NCBI GenBank assembly: GCA_002269645.1
Contig: NIVC01000245.1
Location: forward strand, 496,001-560,000
Source of the DNA: Macrostomum lignano
Lineage: Eukaryota
Reading direction: 5' to 3'
Length of the DNA stretch: 64,000 nucleotides
Positions within the stretch are counted from its first letter, which is position 1. Each line of letters begins with the position of its first letter. The position numbers and the translations under genes are program-made. Positions 11,140 through 20,720 of the stretch are shown here, piece after piece. The notes under the pieces were generated by a model. It did not search any database and was not told the DNA's origin. It was given only the letters and a program-made list of their open reading frames with translations.

Positions 11140-11241
11140 TCGCAACAGTTAAGGGAAAAAGAGGTCATCATACATGTAACTTATGATATGTCCCCAGGGT
11201 ACACTATGAAAAATCTAATCTATTCAGTAGTATGTGCAGGG
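11140..11241 (+). pseudogene. Decayed relic of iGluR exon 3 (3' part) plus the start of intron 3, most similar to paralog C
   Basis: caacagttaagggaaaaagaggtcatcata...tatgatatgtccccagggt...aaaatctaatctatt aligns by eye with C 16053-16145 (caacacttgaggaaaaaagaggtcatcata...tacgacatgtctcagggt...aaaatctaatatatt). Confidence 0.55.
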
Positions 11242-11403
11242 CTCGAAATTGAAATGGTATAGCAGCTACCATAGAAAAAGTCTTGGCTGTGCAAGTCCCA
11301 ACCACAGATACTAAAATACGAGGTATCTAGATGGGCCACTCAGGCATAACGGGTGTCCCAAAAAAGGGTAACTCTTTGTGCGCTAACTGCGAGTAATCCG
11401 TTT

Positions 11404-11915
11404 TGCCTGTCACCCTGTAATTCAACAGTTCGACAGAAAACATCTGTCAGTTTTTCCTTCGTCTTTTCTTGGATTTCCACCAACTGAACGCAGCCATTGT
11501 TACAGCTTTCGATTGGATTCGACAGAACCGGGCGGATGCTGTTCGCAATGCAGTTGACGGCTTCCTTGGTCGGCTCCGTGAGTGCATTGAAAATGATGGG
11601 CATCATTTGCGGCACAGGCAGCTTGGTAACTTCCTTACTTGTTAATGCTGTTCAGTGTTACCTGGTCGCCATGTTGTCTTTTGTTCAAATAAACTGGAGG
11701 ATTTTGACCACAGTCTCAGAGTGTATGCTCAAGGATTTTTATACGGCAAAGATTGTCTATGGCCGCTGTCTATCGCAATGTTTGACAGAAAACGAGCAAG
11801 CGTACATTTCTAAGCTCAATAACTCGCCTCCTGAATAAGTTTTTGCGGCCACATTTTCTGGGGAAAAACTTACAGATGTTTTCTGTCGAACTGTTGAATT
11901 ACAGGGTGGTAGGCA
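11404..11915. repeat. 54-bp inverted repeat (11404-11457 and 11862-11915) flanking about 400 bp
   Basis: tgcctgtcaccctgtaattcaacagttcgacagaaaacatctgtcagtttttcc versus ggaaaaacttacagatgttttctgtcgaactgttgaattacagggtggtaggca; 3 mismatches. Confidence 0.85.
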
Positions 11916-12714
11916 TAGGCATAAATACTTAGTAAAACAGCTTTCTACGAGTTCAGCTTTCAGTTCAAGTAAGTATGAATGGTTGTGTACTTTGTTTACT
12001 TACTAAGTTGTATCAGCCTGTTTCAAATATTTTAGGACGCTCTAGAGATGCTGGTCGGCGAGGCGTGCTGTTAGTCGACAGAGCTAGGGCCCCTGATAAA
12101 TTGACTGCCTTCAATGCTGTCGACAGAATTGTCTCGTGGGCACTATTCATTACGTCAGCTTCGAGCCTGGATTTTGTTACCTCCGGAGGCTGGATTGTTC
12201 AATGTCAGGATTTCGCTGCCTGAAGGCAGCCATCAAACGCCAGCTGGCTCAACCACAACTGCAAGAGAGCTCGACACTCCGCCTGATGGTCATTCGCTAC
12301 GAGAGTGGCGAATCCTTGTCCTACAGAGGGTTGCAGAGGACGCAACCCGTGAAGTGACCGTTGCAAAATGCGGAGGCTGGTACCGGCAGATGCTGAGGTT
12401 TATTCCAGCCTGACTTGACGACATCCGACGCTAAAGCTTTTATTTGTTTATTGTAATGTTCTGTTTTAGATTTTCCCAATGATAAGTAAACGACTTGTGT
12501 TATAGCACTGGATATCTAACGTTATATGATTAGAATGATCAAATTGATGCCCCCAGGATTAAATTGAACTCCGCTATGCCAACGAGTGTCGACCATAGAC
12601 AGAAAATTTTCAGTCTCGCAAGTCTGATTTTCGTATCTATGATTAAATTAAAAGCTTGCAGTACCAACTAGGTCGCAAAAAGGAATATTTTAATTTATAA
12701 GTTGAAAGTTCGGA

Positions 12715-13496
12715 TCTAGTATACCTTTTCCACTCCAAGTCTGTCACAAGTAACTTCAAATCTGCCGTAGATAGCAGAAAGGCATACATTCAGCTCGCAA
12801 GCCGAGCGCCAACTTAAGAGTCTATGGTTAAAGCTCAGATCAATTCTGTCAAAAGTAATTTCAAATCTGTCCACTGAACAGATAGGGAGTTGGAACCAAA
12901 GCAGTAAAGACTAGAAAACTTCTTTATAGACAGACCCAGATTTTAACAGTGAAACTTATTCGTCTATGGCAATCTTATATATAAATTCTGTCACAAGTAA
13001 GTTCAAATCTGTCAGAGATATATATGTTGGTTAGAGAGCTGGGTGATCGCGCCGCCGCAGCGCAGGCTGCGATGACATTGCACAACTGGCGACTGAGCAT
13101 TCTGATTCGCGAATTGCATGCCAGCATGCCTCATCTGACACATGACCACTTCCTACGATGGCACCTGCACACGTTGAGTTACGGACAGGCCTGCTTGGAT
13201 CGTCGCGATATTTTTGTTTGAAATATCTATGCAACTGATTGACTGTAGCAGACATGTTAGCATAGTGAATTACAGAATTTGTTGCTTTAATTTGAGAGCA
13301 CTGTTCAAAATAAACCTTTGTTTCGTTATCTGTTCAGTGGACAGATTTGAAATTACTTTTGACAGAATTGATCTGAGCTTTAACCATAGACTATTCAGTT
13401 GGCGCTCGGCTTGCGAGCTGAATGTATGCCTTTCTGCTATCTACGGCAGATTTGAAGTTACTTGTGACAGACTTGGAGTGGAAAAGGTATATTAGA
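12715..13496. mobile_element. MITE-like element with about 165-bp terminal inverted repeats
   Basis: 12715-12883 (tataccttttccactccaagtctgtcacaag...ccactgaacagata) is the near-perfect reverse complement of 13327-13496. A subterminal motif is repeated internally at about 12987-13012. Superfamily not determined. Confidence 0.85.
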
Positions 13497-14507
13497 CTGT
13501 TAGACTGAATATATATTAACGAGTAGCTTTGAGCTTCAGCTTTGACTGAAAAAGTGATCAAACCACTAAAATGCTTTATCCGTCCAATCTGTCTATGGCA
13601 TCTCACTAACTCTATGGCACTGTTTTGTACCCGAACTGTTAACTGTTAACTAGGGGTACATGCTGTATACTTACTCGTAATTCGAAACATATAGGCGCAA
13701 GGATCATATATACACAAGATGGGCCACTAATTAACCGCTTATGTGGTCACAGAAGCCAATGTAAACAATTCTGCATCTCGTAATAGCGCAAAATTCAACT
13801 ACTCAACTCAATTTTGTCAGTAATATCCGCAGTGCATGTATCATTCTTAATTTGATTGAGTAGCTTTTTATTTAATTCATGAAAAATTCTATCACATTCT
13901 CAAAAAATAGCGTCTATGTCCCTAAGCTACTGAACTCAAAATTTAAGCAACCCATGTCGGCTTTCTTCGCACTTTTCACGAAAAACAGCGGTCGAGCTTT
14001 CCCTATTGCCGCAATACAAATGGCCTCTCTGCGGAATATAAGATCTATAGCCGAGTCTAGTTAATCCGGTCTAGTAAGCAGCCTAGATAAGATGAAAGAA
14101 GTTCTCTCAAAAGCAAGAATAAACCTTGTTGTGGAGCTGGAGTTGATCCAGAGAGACTATAGATGTCGACAGCGAATGTTCCGACTGGTGCCTCAACAAC
14201 CAGTTTCTGATATAGAAATAGAAAATTATTCGACTCACCAGGTAGCTGATTAATCTCGTTGAATTGGTAGACACAAATTTACGAAGACGAAAACCAAGCA
14301 ACAAGAGCCTGTCATTTATGCTGCAGTTGGATCTATCAATGTCAAACCTTGGAACAGGATGTTCGCGTCAAACCTGGCCACTTTTAGATAGTCTAGCCCG
14401 TCTGGGTTAGTTTTTATGCGAACAGCCCAGAGTCACTCACTACACTAAACTCATACGTGGGCATTGCTTAGGTGTCAAAGCAAATAGAATTCACTTTTCG
14501 TCCCTTG

Positions 14508-14545
14508 CTTATTGGGCGCCCCGAAGGGGGGCACTAGATTGCTAG
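14508..14545 (+). mobile_element. Solo Helitron 3' terminus of the unit-4 subfamily
   Basis: cttattgggcgccccgaagggggg-cactagattgCTAG|T is almost identical to the unit-4 end at about 59716-59755 (hairpin cccc-gaag-gggg, then CTAG). Confidence 0.75.
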
Positions 14546-14958
14546 TCACTGCACTAAATGCCTACTTCTACTAAGGGTCCTGAAAGATTCGAGATACTAA
14601 GAAATAAGCAGGTAGATAGTGAAAAGGGACGAACAATGCAGGTATCTTTTCTACATAGAGCCAATTGCGAAAGAAGTTTGTAGGCAATGACTATCTGTTA
14701 AATATAATATACATTTGCACTTCAATGCTAAGACATTCTTATAAAAATGTACAATTCTGTTTTCAATTAACGTTTTTATGACATGCTACCATACTTATTT
14801 TGGCCGGAATCTGAGTCATAGCCGCTAATCTTCCAATCGTACCCTGGAATTGGTTAGAAACTGTGATTCGTTAAAAACTCACTACACAAAAAGGAGCTAT
14901 TAAAGTACAGTAACTAAAATGATTGTTGTCTTAATCCTTTCCAAGAACTTTGTTAACG

Positions 14959-17900
14959 ATGTTGCCGATAGCATCGGTGCTATTGGCATGCTTTGTGTCA
15001 GCCACCTCTGGCCTGGACTTCAAGCTGGCAGTTGTGATTGAGCAGAATGCAGTGAGCAGCTCCCTAATCGACCTGGCTGTGAGCAGACGGGTGAACTCGA
15101 ACTGGAGACTGTTGCCAGGCCACTCAATGTCGCATGCGATCGTGCAGGTATCCAAGGATGGAGCTCAGCAGGCTGCTAAGGAGGGTGAGTAGCTTGGCTG
15201 CAAGCATGCCATGCTTGAGTAAATTAGATTTAAAATTATTCGTTTGGTTAGTCTGACGCAATTATTGAATATCTATACATTTGGGTTGTGGTTGTAGTTT
15301 TGACTATTGTCTTTTATTGTGCTCGAAATACATGAGAGTAAGGGTAAGCGTTAGCTTAACTCAATTCCAGTGTGCTCTCAGTCCAGTCTGTCAGCTCTTC
15401 TGGCAATCGGCAGCTGCGGTCTCCTCTCGGACCTGAGCTCGCTGTCCAAGTCCCTGCAACTGCCGTTCATCGCCCTTCCAACCGCTCTGTGCAGCAGCAC
15501 ACATTTTCGTGAGTAAAGTTAAATCATGAGTGTTAAACAGACTTGTTTATCTTACATTCTGTACAGTTAGCAGCTTTCAATTTTGGCTATCATTACAAGC
15601 GAAGTAAATCAAGTAAGGAATGGATTTTCTCTTGTAAATTGATTGACAGTTATAAAAAGTGTTTACTAACTACAATCGTATTTTATTACTGACTACCAAG
15701 AGTTATCCCACAAAAGTCTGATTTGACAGCAATAGACTTGACATTAACAGTTGATATTCAGGCTATTAATGTCAGACAATTGTTCTGTCTGTGGTAATCA
15801 AATGGGAACACCTATTTATCGATTTATCAAAATCGATATGCATATCATATAGCTGCAATAATACCAGTCAATATTTCTCTCGTTCTAAAATAAGATGCGA
15901 AAATAACTTTTTCTGATGTCATGTACTTTTAGAGTTTCAGAAGTTTCAGACTTTAATATTGTGCAGAGATACTTTATTATTTCCTTGCAGACTACGGCGC
16001 TGTTGGTAGCCACAGGGTGACTGAACTACTGGAAGCAACCGTTAAAACAATTTCAACACTTGAGGAAAAAAGAGGTCATCATATTTTACGACATGTCTCA
16101 GGGTAAGCTTGGAAAATCTAATATATTAAACAGTAATGCACAGGGATCCTTTCACTAGTAATATTTGCCCTCTTCACTTTTGGGGCAACAAAGAAAAGAA
16201 TATTTTTCTGAATAAAATGTAGATTTTGAAATTTCACAGGCAACAACTGCTAGTTTTTTTAGGAAAATGAAAGCCTGAAAGCCAGCTTATTAGCAATTCC
16301 CCCATAAATCTTTTGTGTTTGACATGTCTCCTCTTCTTTTGTGCTCGGCATGACGATGTTTCTCCCAACTTTCCCATCCTATTTGTCTCATCGTTCGCGC
16401 TTTCAGTCAGCGCAGCCTTCTTTGAATACATAATTTGCGATTGCTTTGTTTAATGAGCTCCAAACTGTTGGGAAGTCATTTCAGGCTACAAAGAGACTTT
16501 AAAAATTAGCTAGCTTTTAGTTAGCAAGCAAGATCAAAGAGGACTTCTTTCGTCCATTGAATTGCATATCGATTCATTAGTTCGCCCTTTAGAGCAACTC
16601 CGAGCTATTTATATTTCAAAGAAAGCAAGCATCCTGACGCCACGATGACTGACTACTTGAGTTCGTGTGTACTATAAGACAAGTCGATTTCAGCCTCTGA
16701 AATGATGCAACTGTATTATTGATAATAGTGCCAGCTAGCAGAAGCTAACAAAGATTAAGCTTTGCTAGTCTAGGAATAACTAAATGAACCCTGACACTAA
16801 GGAAGCTACTGAGACACCAAGGCTCAGACGAGCTTGTTATCAGTCGTAAAGCCTTTTCTTGTCTTCTTCATCTTCTTATGGTCTGAAAAGCTAACAGTAG
16901 TGACTATGCTCGTGTTCACAACTTATAGCGTGCAGTTTGTACTTTTTCCCAATAACTACGCTCTTATTAAAGAACACTGAAGAGTTTTAATAAGCCGTCC
17001 ATGCTTTGTCAATGATTAACTTCCCAAAGAAGCTACATGTAAGTAAGACTAGTCTAAGGTACCAAGACAGAATACCACGTCCGGGAAAACTATTCGAGAC
17101 AAGGTTCTAAGCATGCGGCCCGTTTTGACCTTAAAACTTGATGCAAAATTCGCGTACACTTGTGCAGACACTATTATTTATCTAATTTCAAAGAGAATGG
17201 CTTCATACAGCTGCTGCAGACGCGACTCTCGAGCATCGGCATCAGCTCCGTCCCTTTTAACGCCGACCCCACGCTCAGCGGAGATCTTCTCTCCGAGAGG
17301 CTCAGACGCCTCATGAAGAAGCGCCTGTTCAACGCCATCGTCATGGCGACGCCTCGCAACGCGCAAAGCATCGTGGCAGCCGCTGCGAACGCCAGCGTCA
17401 TGCAGCAGAACTACTTCTGGCTCGTGATTGACAGCGGCGGACTCAGCAAGTCCCACCTGATGAGGGTGTGTCCCAACAACTGCAACCTGGCTCTGCTCAG
17501 AGGAGGCACAACTGGCGTCAATTCGGGTGAGCGCCAGCTGCCCTGCCCTGCCCTGCCCTGCCCTGCCGATCTTGCTAAAATACCTTTTGATCTCTCATTT
17601 CTTGCATTTTCTTCCATTTGTCGTTTAGTAATTGTAGGTAATTCTTCCTGTCATTGACATTACAAGCCTGTAGAAAAAAGGCTATTACTTAGTAACTCAT
17701 TTGATCTCGTTATTATATTATGACGCCAACATGATACAGTCTACACTGACTTTTCTCGAAAAAAATTGTCTATGGCCATTGACTACCTCCAAAAACAGTC
17801 TCTACCTATGCCAAGACAAGGAATTCTAAATCCAAGACTAAATCTAAATTTAGAATTTTTTGACCAAGACTGTGTGCTATTGTCTCTCTAGACAATAGAC

Positions 17901-18470
17901 TTTTAGACTATAGGGAAACTATTCAATCACATACACTCACAGAAGAATATTCCAATAATACTCGATCTCCCATCAACCGAAATCTCGCACAGACACTGGA
18001 CATCCGTCTCGTGGATGCGATCGAGGCTCTGGCGAAGGCTTTCACAGACTCGCTGGCTCAGCCGGGATTCCAAGAGAGCAACGCATCATGCTTTCCTCTG
18101 CAGCCGTGGTCGTCTGGCGCTCAAGTGCTCAGCAAAATCATGTCTGTGAGTTCGTGCTCGCAGCATTTGACAGCCCACTTTATTGTACATTCCACTGCTC
18201 ATCATTAACTGATCTCAGATATGAGCAGTTGCAGTCGCCGCTGTCTCATTTCAGCTATCGAGCTTCGACTCGGGTCGCGGTGAGATTTCCTACAACTCGA
18301 CAACAGGATTCTTCAACGCTCAGGGCGTTGAGATCGTTGCATCATTCACTGAGCAGGTGGGAGCGGCAGCTCGGTTCCAGCTGAGCGGTCGGTTCAGCAG
18401 CGGCTCGCTGACGAAATTGTTTCAGAAGAGCGGCGGTGCATTTGTGTTTCCCAACACCTTCACAGGGTGA
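14959..18470 (+). pseudogene. iGluR-like paralog C: exons 1-6 only (signal peptide + ATD), ending in an in-frame TGA; carries a +1 nt lesion (exon 3) and a -62 nt lesion (exon 4)
   Basis: Exons 14959-15184, 15371-15508, 15991-16102 (112 nt versus 111 in A/B; extra A near 16065-16071), 17194-17526 (333 nt versus 395), 17993-18145, 18255-18470 (...FPNTFTG*). Default reading is a pseudogene; possible rescue by cryptic acceptors is covered in findings. Confidence 0.85.
17541..17565 (+). repeat. (CCCTG)5 in intron 4 of C; same site as the arrays in A and B
   Basis: gtgagcgccagctg followed by ccctg x5. Confidence 0.9.
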
Positions 18471-20720
18471 TGTTCGATCGATTTTTTGCAGTTTTTGGAC
18501 AACCTGCCTTTGGGCGAAACATTTTCAGAGGTTTTTATGAAAGTTTTTATTGTACTTTTAGCCCATGCTGGTATTTAGTTGGCTTATTTCCCACTCGCGG
18601 CTTCTTTCGACAACAATTTTATCGATCAAGTTTTTAGATTGTGTCGCACCTGCTATTATGCAAGTGTATCAACGACCAGTGAAGGAATTACGACCGTATA
18701 ATTATAAGTTTAAAAGTTCTAGTATTGAACCAAAAATTGAGCTGCAAAGCCAAAGCGAGCGACGTGGAAACAGAGGGCGGCGTGCAGATAAATAAGCGGG
18801 TGAGCAGCCCCCACCCCACAGAGGGGTAGAAAGGACGGCGCACAAAGGCGGCACAATGTACAGCGCGAGGGGTGGATGGCTAACACCATTTCACTCCAGG
18901 CTCACAAAGGATCAAAAAAAGATCACAAAAAGTGATCGAAACACTAAAACGGACAATGGTTTATCCGTTTAATCTTTCTATGACAAAATATAGCCGTGTT
19001 ATGCGTAAAATCACGGAAGTAGATTAAATTTATTAACTTGAAATGGCTTATTGGCACTGATCATTTTCTAAATAACTCACTTATATGAGTCACAAAAATC
19101 GCACTTTATTCGTGTACTCTAAAGTTAATAATCTTTGTACTCGTATCTTTTTTCAGCTTTAATTTCTTCACCCATTTGACTAATAAATTTGACTAAATTT
19201 TTTACGAAGAGCTACCGTACGCTCGTACATACCCAGCATCTGAACTAGTTTTATTCAACTGAAATGAACAATTAAGATTTTTCCATACGACTCCTTCCTA
19301 TCACTTGACGAAAACCGTGTATATGACGGGTACAAACATTTCTGCAAGTACCGCGGTTGCATCTAGGTTTTTATTAAACTTAATTTATGATAAGAAGAAT
19401 TAAAATATAGCTAGTAGAAACACTAGAATTCCTGATATGGAACAAACTACTGATTAAAATATCATTAGTAGCAACCGAAGCTACATTTTCTCAAAATTTC
19501 ACACACCAACTATGGACAACTGTGTGATTGCCCATTCAATCGATAAAATAGCTCTTCTGCTATTTATAATCGATATAATCTATAATCATCTGCAATGCAT
19601 GTAACTCTTCGGCTGCTTCTGCCCACTTCGTGAGGGCTACTACAATTACTCCCAATAATTTTAAGGTAAATATCTCTAAACCCTTTTCTCCATAGCACTT
19701 TCAAACGTAGCTTGCGAATTAGCATACATGTATCTTCACAAATTTTCATTCTTTGAATTGTAGTCTTGGATAAGAAAAAAGTTCTTATGAAACAGCAACT
19801 TTCTACAATACTACAGAGCTCGTACAGAGCGACACTAACGTCTTGAGAGTGACAGCCTTTAGCTTTAGTACAAGATGTGCAGCAGAATACTCCGTAGAGA
19901 GTTGCAAGCGTTTTTACGTGTTTTTGTTGCTCGATTTTACGCAAGTTCTGTGTTGGATTTTGGGTAGCTCATGTATCAAATAAAAGGAAAACTATATCAG
20001 AGTGATTTAGATTGCATTGTTTGATTGCCTCTGTATTGTGTTTCAATAGAAGGACTTAATAAACTTGTTCAAAGTAATGCCAGTCATAGCTGGGTGATTC
20101 AGTAGTCACAGACGGTCATTCTGCTGGGTCGACCCTACTGTTCGCGCAGCAGTCCAGCCGCTTCAGTCTCGCCAGCACCAACTCGCCAGCCAGCAGGAGC
20201 AGACCGACAGCAAAGAAGCAGCCGGTGACAACAAAGCAGCCGGCCACCGTGTCCAGACCGATTGACTCGGCGCCAGTGTAGCTCGCGTCACTATCGCCTT
20301 CGCTGCACTGGTCATCAGAGTCGGTCTTGTAATACTTGTCGAATAGCAGCTGGAGCTGACCGGTCTCGCTGAGTTTGCTCAGACTGAAAAATAGGTACAG
20401 TTTGTTTAAATTTGGTGCAAATTTGATTTTGCAGTGCTGCGGATGCACAGGGAGTTATAATTTGCGAAAAAATGCAGCAATGTTTCAATGCGTTATGAAA
20501 ATTTCAAAAACAAATAAGGAACCGCTCAATTTTCTTAAAAAATTCAGATGCTGGAAAATACAAGAAATGACGATTGCTACGGAGAACCACAGAACACGGA
20601 GAAAGTAAAAAAACAATTAAAGAACCAACAATCAATTCTGGCTACTTTTAAAGACCACAAACATGAAAGCAAAATAAGTGCGGTTAAAAGAGCAGAAGCT
20701 ATCATAAAGCAATTTTAAAG
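18466..20720. repeat. Segmental duplication, copy 1 (partner: 28683-30493 plus 49570-49683)
   Basis: Collinear diverged matches, e.g. gtgatgttcgatcgattttttgcag / gtgatgttcagtcgatttttgaag; caagtgtatcaacgaccagtgaagga / caagtgtgtcaatgaccactgaagga; exon 12 of B versus D; intron 11 of B versus D. Confidence 0.85.

Noticed and set aside
11340-12413. Several 70-113 aa ORFs in GC-balanced sequence
   Set aside because: No recognisable motif or consistent splice model by eye; they need a database search before any call.
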